A stretch of DNA of 64,000 nucleotides from contig NW_026889805.1 of the NCBI RefSeq assembly GCF_033153115.1, positions 1,178,001 through 1,242,000 on the forward strand. The letters run 5' to 3'. The translations under genes and the position numbers were made by a program. This stretch comes from Saccostrea echinata (Eukaryota). The notes beneath the pieces are model-generated. The model was not told where the DNA came from. It ran no database searches and saw only the letters and a list, made by a program, of their open reading frames with translations. This document shows, in pieces, positions 39,286 to 51,970 of this stretch (positions within the stretch are counted from its first letter, which is position 1; each line of letters opens with the position of its first letter).

Positions 39286-41029
39286 TTATTTTACATTTGG
39301 TTTTAGACGGCGCATTCAAACTCGCGTATTAGCAAAATCTAAAGTTTAGTTGACTACCAAATAATGTTTAAAAATCGGTCAAATTTATTGGGAAATCTTG
39401 TCTCCTAAGGATCATTTGAGGTCAATTCAATCCAGTTATTAAGCTGTATTATGTATTAAATTCCTATATTTTTTATTTATTTTATTATTTTTCTGTTAAA
39501 TGCATATATGAAATCTAAAAAATATTAAATAATAAAATTTGGTTTATGATGGATAAAAGGAGTCTTGCTTGGGAATTCTATATTTGTATGAAGCAGAAAT
39601 ACAACCTGAGTCGAATGTCTACACGATAAATTCAAAATTAACAACATGACACAAAGAAAACTTGTTGTGTCTTTTAACTCAACATGTAGATATATGGGCG
39701 ACGTTGTATTAACTTTAGTAATTTTAATTCAAATGTCGACTTCATATTGAATTCAAAATATATATTTAAAAAATCAATGATAACTAACCTGTCAGACAAA
39801 ATACATGTAGATGACTTCAGCTTTTCCATTATTAACTTCTCTTATTTATGTAGTAGTATTCCAATATCACCTGCATATGATATTCATGTTCCTGAAACTG
39901 ATTCTATACCAGGAACATGCTCTGAGTACGATCTAAACCTAGGAGAAATACTGACAAATAAGCTGAAATAACAAGGATTTCATACATACAGCTCATTGAT
40001 CGACAGAGAATGATTACTCCTCCTAGGCGCCTGATCCAAGAACGTGAATTTCCAATGGTCAGTGTTTTGTTTGATGAATTTATGAGATTTATCATTGTCC
40101 GTTATCCTTACTTTTTGCACTCTATTTTGTCAAAAATACCTTTGAGAGTTATATCTGTTGAAAATACTTATTTTTAGATAAAGTTTTCATTTTCTTTTTT
40201 TAAGTTAATATATTTTTATTTTCCTTTGTCGACAATTGTATACTGGAAACTGAAGCAAAATAATTATACTCCTCTTGATAAAAAGGTTTAATGACTATAA
40301 GTGATTGACATTGGAATTGCTTTTAAATTTTAACTTGATTTTCATAGATAGACTGTCGTAATTAATGACAATCACTATTTACTTAACAAATGGACTTGGC
40401 AAAGCACTGTTTACAACATTAAAGAAACACGACAAGCAATAAATCGTTTATAGATTCCATTTTTACTATCAATTATACCAAATGCTTGCAATACCTTATG
40501 TAAATAAGGAAAGGGGTCAACGATTATACTTCAATATTAATGTTCCTTTTTCACATCTCTTTCGATTAGGGTAATGTAAATTAAAACATTTGATGAGAAA
40601 TAGTCATCACTTATCACTCTGTACTTAATTTCATGAGTTGAATGAAGGCAATTGTGAATGAATGGATTCTTTTCAACCTTTGTAAATTTATTTTAATAAT
40701 GATTCGTTAGAGAAATTACAAGCGCATAAATTTTCTATACAAACCAAGAATTCTTAGAGTTTTGCATAAGCATTATGGAATTTCCGTATAAACTAAGCAT
40801 TAAGTCATAAATATTCACCCTCGGCCATCCATCTAAAGCAAGTGTAAGCTGATAAGTCCAAGGGCCGTAATTCAATATACATAATGTAGATGGAAAAGCA
40901 AACTTGAAGGTAAACATCTTTTTAAAGAAGCGTTTGATAAATATAATCATAAATATACTAAATTTCTAAGTTCAGAGGTTGTGAAAATAAACTGATTAAA
41001 ACAAAATTTAACTTTTTATTAGAAGCTTA

Positions 41030-41960
41030 TTTTGTATTCATATAAAGCAGAATTATTCAAAAACTTCTACATGAGAAGAAGAAACACTTGCTGTGGCCTT
41101 CAACTCGACATTTCGCTATATCGACGACGTATTTTCTTTTTTTATTCATATGTCGACTCGATATATCTCAGTGAGCTTGATATAAAAGAAACTACAGTGT
41201 CTGACACATCTGTTTCATATTTGGATATTTTACTAGAGAAAGACATTAATGATAACCTAACAACAAACCTTTATGATAAATGTGATGACTTTAACTGTTC
41301 AATCGTTAAATTCCCTTACATAGGTAGCGACATACTTTTAACACCTGCATATGGGTTTTATGTCTTTCAGTTGATTCGATACGCAAGAGCATGCTCTACG
41401 TATGAACAATTTCTAAGACGAGGTAAGCTATTGATAAACAAGTTAATGAAACAAGGATATCAACAGTCTCATTTGAGGTCATCATTTCTCACTGGGATAT
41501 ATCAAGTCGACATAGGAATGAAAGTAACAATTGTTAATTGATAATACGTCGTCGATATACTAGTACCGAAATGTCGAGTTGAAAGCCACAGCAAGTATTT
41601 TCTTCTTCTCATGTAGAAGATTTTAAATAAATTCTGCTTCATATGAATACAAAAAAGATCTGCTAATAAGGGGGCGCAATTGGTTCCCATGGGAATTCCA
41701 ACAGATTGTTGGAAGACCTGATCTCCAAAAACTACATAGATTTTGTCAATCAGAAACTCAAGCATCTTTTTAATATCAACTTCAGTGTACTTGTGTGAAC
41801 AATAAGAGTGTTTTTTAACAAAATAATTCTGTAAATGACAAATGACAAGGTAAGTATATTTACGAGTTCCATTTTTATTGAAAAGGCAGTTTTGATGCTA
41901 CTGATTTCAGTAAAATTTGTGATTTTAAATTTTCCAAAATTTTTTTGAAGTTTTTAAGCC
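41030..41960. mobile_element. Two convergent Penelope-like RT fragments joined at ~41490
   Basis: Plus strand YSYKAE...QLIRYARACSTYEQF; minus strand GIPMGTNCAPLLADLF. The shared segment forms an inverted repeat. Confidence 0.75.
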
Positions 41961-42621
41961 CTGTCTAGGAAATATCCAGAAAACTGGCAGACGAAGAGAA
42001 CACACAGGCCATCTGCGGTTCCATCGGAAGCGGACTTATATTGTCTCGCACGTATATACAAAGAAATAAGGGTGAAAATTATAGAAAGACACTACATACA
42101 AAGAGAAAAGACGCTTATGAAGTAATCCATGTACAACTTTTGCTCTTCTCGATAGTCAACCATTTAATTTATGAATAATGAATACGTCTTTACAATAACA
42201 GAATTATCAATCCCATATATTTTTTCAGACGCATAATCTTTGCTTTATATTTTCAAATATCTGATCGAATCATTTGTTTGCCATTTAGTTGAAAGGATTG
42301 TAACACTTTTATCTTATTTTAGAAAAATGTAAGTATCTAGAGGATTTGACTTTTTATTAAAAAAAAAAAACTTTCTCTTTTATATATTTAAATTTTATAA
42401 CAGCTTCCAGTGAAATATTCTTTTCTACCAACCATGAGTCATTTCCTAGGAAACAACAATTTGAAGAGAATTGTTTATTAGGAAATTCAAATAAAAAGTG
42501 ATATAACTCCGTTTTTGTATGTTTAAAATTTATATTAATTCACTTTTAGAATGCATACACTAACTAGCCATAACACACAACATTGTTTTGAGGTTCTGAC
42601 AATCGTTGTGGAGTACTGTTG

Positions 42622-45600
42622 TTATTCTGGACTCTGACCCGGCGCCAGATAGAATCGTTTGGTCAGAGTGGACCACGTACACGGCATTTGTTTGTGGCCG
42701 GTATTGGTCTGCCATTGAGGATCGTAAGCCAGGGCCTCCTTCACGTCAATTAGCATGTCCTCCATGTGCTCCTCCAGATAGTTGTCCTTAAAAATCTTTA
42801 TCACGTTGTGGAAAAACCAAGAACCTAAGTGTGGCCTCCGCCAAGCAAAGTAGCCTGAAAGGACAAGTGAACGATTTTAAACTGTGTATTTAAAAAAAAG
42901 TATTGCAAGAATTTTGTTGATTGTAGCTTAATTAAAATTGTAATTTTCTTAACAAATATAAAATTAGGAAAAGCTACTAAAAATTTTATTTAAAAATTAA
43001 TACCATAAAATATTACGTAAGATATTTACGCTATCAACAAATAATGTTGTACTTAAATCAGGCATTATCATTTACTGTAAATCACTTTTTATTTACGAGA
43101 ATTTTTTGTTTGCATTTTTTTCGCGAGATAATCTGTTCAATAACATTTTTTTTCGCAAAATATTTTCATGGACAAAGATTTTTTAAAACAGTTCCAAATT
43201 TCGTCAAAATTTTGTCTTCTATCTTGCCAAAAATTGGCGATCTATAGAACTAGCATATTCACATAAATTTTGAACACCCCAAGAAAATCCATTGTCAAGC
43301 GAAACAGTTTTGTTTAAAGTTCAGTGCAGTCATGAATGTAGAGATAAATTATTTCCAGTTTGGATTTCACTATTGTACTTCATTAAATGAATATATTTAG
43401 GGTTAGGGTTAGAATTAGCACTTACCTTACATAAGCCACTAGGAGATCAGCATCTTTTACCACTTACCGGGTGTAGTAGCATAAGCCATTAGGAGATCAG
43501 CATCTGTTGGTATAGAGATTTTTACCACTTACCTGATGTAGTAGCATAAGCCATTAGGAGATCAGCATCTGTGGCTGTAGAGATCTTTTACCACTTACCT
43601 GATATAGTACAATTAGGAGATCAAAATCTGTGGGCATAGAGATTTTTTACCACCTACCTGGTGTAGTAGCATAAGCCATCAGCAGATCAGCATCTGTTGG
43701 TATAGAGACCTTTCCTACCACTTGATCTATCATGACTTCCTCCTTATCATCAGACAAATCCACTGTACCCTGGGGAGATTTACCACGACAAGCCTGCACG
43801 AAGAAACACTTAGGTTTCCCTACAAAAGTAAGATTAATAGCATTGGGTTCTTTTACTTAAATATGTTGCTGTCTCTTCTTCATGGACCAAAAAAACTACT
43901 TACCTGCAAAATATTTTAATTTGTCGTTTTTAAAATAAGCTACAATTTCGTCGAGTGATATAGTTTTGTCGTCATCTGTAATAATGCCCTCCTGCAATAA
44001 GCATTTATATATCAGTCCTACAGTCTTTGATTCTTTGTATGTATAATTAATTGATCGTATTTCAAGTTAGAGAATACTACTTACATAAAAGAACAGAATA
44101 AGATTTTTGTGCTAATTTTCAATAAATGTTTTGAATTTGTTTGATGTAATCGTAATTGTTAAATGTTAAAAGTTGTCAATAAACATTTGTTGTATAGTTA
44201 ACCTCATTTCCGTGGCTCATTATGAAGACTAGAAGACAGTAATAGTCAGCTGCTTTACGTCTGTTATTGAAAAGACCCGCTGTTTCCTCTAAAAATTCCA
44301 TTAGATCTTGTTTTGTTGTGTCATGTTCTACATGGCATTCAAAGTTCAATGTCTTCTCAAAAAAATTGTGGATGTTTCTAAAATCAGCTTCTGTGCCTGG
44401 ATATAATAAAATGAATATCAAAGAACAACAAATGTCAAAGAGAAACATGGAAGTAAGCAGGTTATAGGTGATTTATTTAAACTGTTATGCCGCCATCATA
44501 TATTTTCATTTTCCTCTAAATGTTGATATTTTGACCGTCATCTAATGTTACAAGATTGATTGTATATATTTAATCACTGTCTCTAGTGCCACTATGTCTT
44601 TATGTGTGTCATTATTTATCACTGTCTATGTTTCCAATATATCTTTGTCTGTGTCATTGTTAATCACTGTCTATGTTTCCAATATATCTTTGTCTGTGTC
44701 ATTATTAATCACTGTCTATGTTTCCACTATGTCTTTATGTGTGTCATTATTAATCACTGTCTATGTTTCCAATATATCTTTGTCTGTGTCATTATTAATC
44801 ACTGTCTATGTTTCCAATATATCTTTGTCTGTGTCATTATTAATCACTGTCTTTGTTTCCACTATGTCTTTATGTGTGTCATTATTAATCACTGTCTATG
44901 TTTCCAATATATCTTTGTCTGTGTCATTATTAGTCCCCTACCGGTGAAACTGGAGGGGACTATAGGTTTCCTCTGAGTCTGTCCGTCCGTCTGTCTGTCT
45001 ATGCTTCCACTATATTGTTGTCTGTGTCATTATTTATCACTTCCTGTATTTCCAATAAGTCTTCCCCTGTGTCCTTATTAATCACAGTCTCTATTGCCAC
45101 TATTTCTTTCTCTGTGTCATTATTTATGATTGTCTCTATTACCACTATCGCATGTCAAACGTTGCAATATTCGAGCTTTTCCATTTGTATTGTATAATTT
45201 TCCATTTATATTCTATAATTTTCCATTTGCATTGTATCATTTCCCATTTGTATTGTATAATGTTTATTTGTATTCTATGATTTTCCATATGTATTCTACA
45301 ATTTCTCATTTGTATTGTATAATTTTTCATTTGTATTGTAAAATTTTTATTTGTATTCTATAATTTTTCATTTGTACTGTATATTTTTTCATTTGTATTG
45401 TATAATTTTTATTTGTATTGTATAATTTTCCATTTGTGTTCTATAATTTTTCATTTGTGTTGTATAATTTTTCATTTGTATTGTATAAATTTTATTTGTA
45501 TTCTATAATTTTCCATTTGTATTGTATAATTTTCCATTTGTATTCTATAATTTTCCATTTGTATTCTATACATTTCCATTTGTATTGTATAATTTTACAG

Positions 45601-47158
45601 TACAAATGGAAAAAACATACAATACAAATGAGAAATTATACAAGTGAAAAATTATACAATACAAATGGAAAATTATACAATACCAATCGAAAATTATAGA
45701 ATACAAATAAAAAGTATAGAATACAAATAAAAAAAATCATATAACACAAAAAAATAATACAATACAAATGGAAAATTATACAATACCAATCGAAAATTAT
45801 AGAATACAAATAAAAAGTATAGAATACAAATGAAAAATTATATAACACAAAAAAAAATAATACAATACAAATGGGAAATGATACAATACAAATGGAAAAT
45901 TATACAATACAAATGGAAAATTATACAATACAAATGGAAAAGATCGAATATTGCAACATTTGACTTGCCATATACCACTATATCATTCTCTGTGTCATTA
46001 TTAATCACTGTCTCTATTGCCACTATATCTTTGTCTGTGTTATTATTTACCACTGTCTCTATTTCTACAATACCTTTCTCTGTGTCATTATTTATCACTG
46101 TCTCTATTTCCAATATGTCTTTCTCTTTGTCATCTTCTCTATGTTTATGTTTGTGTGAAAATAATTCTAAATATAAAATATAACTCTTCTTACCTTCTCT
46201 GCCTTTTGTGAAGTTAAGAATTAGAGCCAGCCCCTTTTGCTTTTCATCTCTCGAATATCTTCTTTTTTCTACATGTCAAAAAGAAAACAAAAACAGTAAT
46301 CTTGCTTTTTTCACATGTTATTATCAGATTAAACAGTCTACGTACTTGATGAATGTGCTCCTTTTTTCTGGGTTGGTCCATCTGATTTTTCAGACAGAGA
46401 TTCTTGGTTATCCTCTTCCAACTTTCGTTTTTTACCATCCAACTCTTAGAAAATTAAGTTATTGAATATGCTAAGTAAAACTTAAAGGCTTCATGGTTAC
46501 AATTTAAATAACTCGTCCACAATAAAGATGANNNNNNNNNNNNNNNNNNNNNNNNNNNNNNNNNNNNNNNNNNNNNNNNNNNNNNNNNNNNNNNNNNNNN
46601 NNNNNNNNNNNNNNNNNNNNNNNNNNNNNNNNNNNNNNNNNNNNNNNNNNNNNNNNNNNNNNNNNNTACTAATGCCACTGCCTATATCAAATACAAATGC
46701 TTTCTTAATATATGTACTTAATAAATTACGTACATGTGCTATGAAAAAAAGTGAATTTTTTTTCTTTAGATGGTTTGAAGTATTATTAGACTGGATTTAC
46801 TTTTATTTTCCTCTGACGACTCTGCTGTCTGGGGTCTGTTTGCTTCTGCGATGATTTTTTTAATCTCCTCTGCTCTTTCATTGATTTCATCAACCCACGT
46901 AACGTCTATACATTCAATTAGTTTAATGAAATCATCATAATGTCCAGGCTTCACATGCCCTTTCTTCTGTAACTTCTCTACAATGTCCAGCACATTGTTG
47001 CAGTTCATTATCGCGTAGGGAGGTAATTTCATTTTTAAGCGATGTTTTACCTTTTCGAAATCATGAGCGTCTACCTTAGAGTTGATGAAATCATGAAGAT
47101 TAGTGATTAGTTTATTGTGGAGATCTCTTGCTTCTTGTGGAATCTTCTCAGGAGCCAT
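42622..47158 (-). CDS. Caspase with N-terminal death-fold (DED-like) prodomain, 7 exons, ~402 aa
   Basis: Exons 47158-46801, 46444-46346, 46268-46194, 44396-44203, 43991-43904, 43819-43658 and 42854-42622. All introns are GT-AG with consistent phases. Motifs GLALILNF..REGT, FIMSHG, KPKCFFVQACRG, IPTDADLLMAYATTPGYFAWR, GSWF, KQMP..STLTKRFY. The gap in intron 1 could hide another exon. Confidence 0.88.
43420..43657 (-). repeat. Tandem partial duplications (~66 bp) of the caspase exon 6 3' end including the splice donor
   Basis: About four copies of ...gatgctgatctcctaatggcttatgctactacaccag|gtaagtggta directly downstream of the true donor. Confidence 0.85.
44570..46130. repeat. 45-bp minisatellite in caspase intron 3, hosting nested insertions
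   Basis: Unit ttaatcactgtctatgtttccaatatatctttgtctgtgtcatta. Interrupted at ~44930-45000 (HINE-like head) and at 45146-45972. Confidence 0.9.
45146..45972. mobile_element. Foldback element built from 21-bp repeats; 6-bp TSD and TATGG-like end (IS3EU-like non-autonomous)
   Basis: TIR tatcgcatgtcaaacgttgcaatattcgagc / gatcgaatattgcaacatttgacttgccata. TSD taccac at 45140-45145 and 45973-45978. Arms of (ttccatttgtattgtataatt)n invert at ~45598. Confidence 0.75.
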
Positions 47159-47789
47159 TTTGGTTTAGTTTGTTATTTAACGGTGCATGCTTCTATAAAA
47201 TTATGCGTTCAGTCTGCTATTTAAACTTCCTGTTTGCATAAGTGGGTCATGTCAATGATCTAATGGAGGCGCCCAGAGGAGATTAAATCTAAAAAAATTC
47301 ATGATTTAAGACAATCTTTTAAAAGAAAATTTCTATTTGACTTCTGCTGAGAAATCTTTGGATCATAATTTTTTTTAAATCTATATGCAAATGAAACAAA
47401 AGATTAAAAGGATACCAAGTTATATTTGAAGCAGTCGTTGTCTATTATAGAAATTATATTATACGTAATACAATTACCTTTTTTTATTTATAAAAAGTAA
47501 ATAAATAAATAAAATGTAGCACCGCTCTGATACAAATTCGACAATTCATGTTACTTGTTGCATTCTATAGTAGATAATACTAATAGAGGAAGCCTCTATT
47601 TAGTCTTATAAAGTAATTATAAAATCTTTGATTAATGTTTTACATTATCGTTTTTCTATGATTCATTATTTCTATTCCAAAAGATAACTGCCAACGGTTC
47701 AAGCAATGTACACATTTAGTTTAAAGTTTAAACTTTATTTTCGTTCAAACACTTCTACAGGAGAAGGACATTCTTATTTTTGCTTTTAA

Positions 47790-49200
47790 GATTTTGATAT
47801 ATGGACGACTTTTTTGTCAATTCACTTAAATTAGTTATTTTCATTTATATGTCCACTCGATATATATCCCAGTGAACTCGAAATAAAAGACATCACAGAG
47901 TCTGCCATATCTGCTTCATTCTTGGCTGTTTTATTGACTAGAGCTAATGGCCAACTAAAAATCTAAACTAAAAACGGGATGACTTCAGCTTTTGCATCGT
48001 CAACTTTCCTTATTTATGTACTAAAATTTCACTATCACCGGTATAGGGTGTTTATGTCTCCCAACCGATCTTAATTGTTGTTCTGAATACGATCAATTTT
48101 AAAATAGAGGCAGGTTAATGAACAATCAGTTAATATTAAAGGTTTTGAATTATCTCAATTCATTTCATCATCTCGTTGCATTTCGTAAATTGTATGGTCG
48201 TTTTATAATGACCTTGTTTGCAAATATAATCTATTGTTGGGTCATATGCAGTATGACTGACATGTTTCCCACCAATTATTATATATTTTTAATTACAAAT
48301 TTGACTAAGTATGATCAATACAGAGGGCTCATGGCGGGAGTAACAGGTCAACAGGGGATGCTTACTCCTCCTAGGCACCTGATTCCAATTCTGTCGTCTC
48401 CAGGGGTCCCGTGTTTTAGTCCTGTTCATGATTCCTTTTGTCTACTGGATTTATGATCATTGTTGGTTATCTTCACAAATCGTAAACAGAGCATATTTCT
48501 GGAAACACCAGCGGTGTGATGAGGTGCTAGATTGAGTAAACATCCCTCTGTATTGATGTTGTGAATGTGGTAATTCGCAGTCAAAATAAGTATAAAAACA
48601 AGTGCCTTACAATTGGTATGAAACATGTTTGTCAAACCAATGATAGGTTTTTTTCAGAATTATAATAACTTTAAAAATGGAGAAATGCCACAAATGCAAA
48701 GGAGACTATTACTATATAAATGAATGGAGTTGAAAAGCTGGCCATCCCTTTGTCATAATAGTTTAATTGTTTGCCAACATGAATGAAAATGACTATTATT
48801 GATTGAAAAAACATCGACAAATATATAAATGTCTGAAGGCCACATCAAGAGTTTTCTTCTTCTCATGTAGAGTTCTGAATAAATGCTGATTCAAAAGATA
48901 CAAAAACGATTCGGCGCAATTAGTTTCCATCGAACTTCAAAATACCGGTACTTGTGTGTAGAATCAGAATGGTTTTTTTTTTTTTTTTTTTTTTGACATA
49001 GTAATTTTGTAGAAGACAAATCACAAGATAAGAAAATTCGCTATAGTTCCATTTTCTTGCAGAAATAGTTATTTCTGATGTCAAAAAGTATTTTCTAATG
49101 TTGTCCTGAAAAATAGTTGTATAAATGTTAAAAAGTCATTTCTTTTGATGCGATTTTTTGACAAAATCTTGTGATTTCATTTTCACTTGTAAAGTTCTTT
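47790..49200. mobile_element. Tail-to-tail Penelope-like remnants
   Basis: Plus-strand IYPSELEIKDITES through the 3' motif at ~48330-48390, then a decayed minus-strand copy from ~48490. Confidence 0.6.
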
Positions 49201-49830
49201 GATGATAACCAGCATTGCAGCACGTGATAATTAGCATCAGCGTTGAAGCCGCCCATAGTAGAATTGTCGTATACTATAACTTTGATTTTAAAAACTATAA
49301 CACACCAAAAATATATAGACCCGTTTTACTGAAATTTGCAATTTTACTATTTTCGTATCCTGATATACATTCTTCAGAGAAACTAGAATGAAAGAATTTG
49401 TTTCAATCCCTCTCCCTCCTCTGACCTTTCTCCATCTTTCTGATACATCCTGGAGTAATAGCAACCAAATAAGGACACAAACACATAATTCAGAGGTCAC
49501 AAATAATAATTAAAAAAACCCAAACAAATTCCACATTTATTTACTTTAATAAATAATCTACTGGTGACAAATAAGATATTTTTAAATATGAAGATGAATT
49601 AAAGAATATTGATACTGCATTGTCTTTAAGGAGCAGAATCTAAACAAAACAGAAAAAAAATGTTATTTTTTTTTCTAAAATCTCCATACAATGGGTCTTG
49701 TAATCAGTCATATAAAGTAAATAAATAAATGTCAAAAATGATATCCTTCTGCAAGAAATATTTTTGCGATATTATTCGACTTTTAGTTCAAGCAGTTACC
49801 CAGATAAATAAAAATTAATAGGTGACTTCC

Positions 49831-50376
49831 TCAGCCGTAACGACGCCTCCCGTAACCATAGCGACGATATCTACCGTAACCGTAGCGACCTCGACCACCA
49901 TAACCAAAGCGACCACGACCACCGTAACCATAGCCACGACCGTAACCATAGCCACCATAACCACGATATCCTAGTGATCTACCATACCATCCTCGCCGGC
50001 CTTCAAAATAAGATATTTAGATATTATTTCCTGTTTCCATTATTTACATCATGGATGAGATGACTACTAATGCCATCATTTCATAATTATGGTCTTTGGC
50101 ATTAGACATACTACAGTTTGAGCTGGAAAATTTCACAATTAAAAATTGAATTAGAATAATGTATGTGTATATTTTTTTCTGCTTAAAATTATTTTACAAT
50201 GATAACTTAAAATTTTTAAAAGAAAATTCAAGTATATTATGTTGTCATGTTAAAATCCGATTCTACAAGCCGTATAAAAACTTTGATCATTCATACTCAC
50301 CCTCTGATGGTAAAAACAAACTGCACAATATCACAACAAAGAAAAGAAGGGGTAGAATTGCCCGGCTGAATTTCAT
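49831..50376 (-). CDS. Small secreted Gly/Arg/Tyr-rich peptide (81 aa, 2 exons)
   Basis: Exon 1 (50376-50301) encodes MKFSRAILPLLFFVVILCSLFLPSE with donor gtgagt. Exon 2 (50000-49831) encodes G-RRGWYGRSLGYRGYGGYGYGRGYGYGGRGRFGYGGRGRYGYGRYRRYGYGRRRYG*. Phase-1 intron; TATAAA about 50 nt upstream of the ATG. Confidence 0.88.
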
Positions 50377-50424
50377 ACTTTATTAATTTTGCGCTACAGT
50401 CCGAGACAAAGTCTTGTGGATCAA

Positions 50425-50430
50425 TTTATA
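50425..50430 (-). promoter_or_regulatory. Putative TATA box of the Gly/Arg/Tyr peptide gene
   Basis: TATAAA on the minus strand about 50 nt upstream of the ATG. Confidence 0.45.
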
Positions 50431-51131
50431 TTCAATAATGCGACACATTAAGGTAACAGTGCGATATAAGGCGCCAGTAATGGACTTCTAAAACATCTAC
50501 ACAACTGACCAAAACAACCAACCGCAGATGTATATGTTTTGTAAACAAACTTATTGTGGGCGTGTCAATATAAAGGTTTAGTAGTGTCATGATGATTAAG
50601 TGACCAAAACATTTCTATAGATATGACATTTATTAATGTATGAAATGACCGCTAATGTACATTTGCAGTTCACCAATTATAATCTTTAGAACTTCATTCT
50701 TATTCTATATTATTATAAATGTCTACTAATGATCCAGCTCGCATAAAGCGGAATGACATTTTTGAATTTGAAAAATTTCAAAACAATGTTCATGTATATA
50801 AACATGTACTTGTAGAACACAAGATTGCAGTACTTGAAGATATTTGGCTGAATTGTTTGCTATGTGTTTATGTGTATTGAACTAGCTAAGCTTTAATCCC
50901 TATACAATTCTTTCACTTGAATGACAAAATTGAGCTCTGCATTTTACAAAATGGAGATCAAATCATGAAGACAATGCTTTTGATTTATTAGTCACTTTGT
51001 CTGCATTTCTTTTTCTGCAACTTAAACCTTAATTTCTCATAGCTTTGGAAGTAAACGATTTGGTAAAGATGCTCGGTCAGATATTTGAACCTTATTGCTA
51101 GAGACGGTCAGATATTTGAACCTTATTGCTA

Positions 51132-51199
51132 GAGAAAATGAATTGGTTGAAGTATAAGTCCATATATATGGACTTATACTTCAACCAATTCATTTTCTC
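51132..51199. repeat. Perfect 68-bp spacer-less palindrome
   Basis: gagaaaatgaattggttgaagtataagtccatat followed immediately by its exact reverse complement. Confidence 0.95.
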
Positions 51200-51970
51200 G
51201 GGAATTGGAAATTTAAAACAATTTTATAAAATTGAGAAACGTTGCCCCAGAGGTTGTATTAGAACCTTTAAAAAGGCCACTTGAACATAGCTAGGGTTAC
51301 AGTGATTGAAAATGGCAATTTTGCGCCTGGTCCATGCAGTGGAAAAACTTGAAGATCTCCAACAGTGACCTGATCCTGACAGAAGGCCATTTGGAAAAGT
51401 TCAAGGTCACAAGAATTATAACTAACTCCTTGCAATCTTATATCAGCTTAACTAGAAGAGGCGTTTTTTGTTTATATAGTTTCGACTGATAAGCACACAA
51501 TTTTCAAGCATTTACTCTATTGTGTGCCGTGGAAGACACAAGACCCGTTATGGTGATTGTACAGATTTCTCTACATTACAAATAGGCCAGGCTCGGATGC
51601 GTTTACCATTCACAAACACAGTGCAGATAATAAACTGAATGATAGGGGGATATATAAGGATGCGCTACAGGATAATGAACGACACCTTATTTTCCCGAGA
51701 AAACTTTTGGTACTGATAAGCGATACAATAAACGAATGTTTATTTTTGATGAACATAATCCTTTATAAGATTTTTATATGCGAGAATAAAATTTTCGCGA
51801 GCAGGCCGTCTAAAATAAAGTTCTAGCAAATAAAAAGTAATTTACAGTATTGCAAATATAGTTTATTACATTAAATTACAATACGTCTAGACTCCAGAAA
51901 AAGTGTTAAGCCCGTTATACATATAAATTTTCTCTCCTCAGTACACACTAATCACGTTAATTCTCTAAGC

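Noticed and set aside
44594-46211. Many low-complexity ORFs (SLSVSLLITV, IQYKWKI)
   Set aside because: Translations of 45-bp and 21-bp repeats lying inside a caspase intron.
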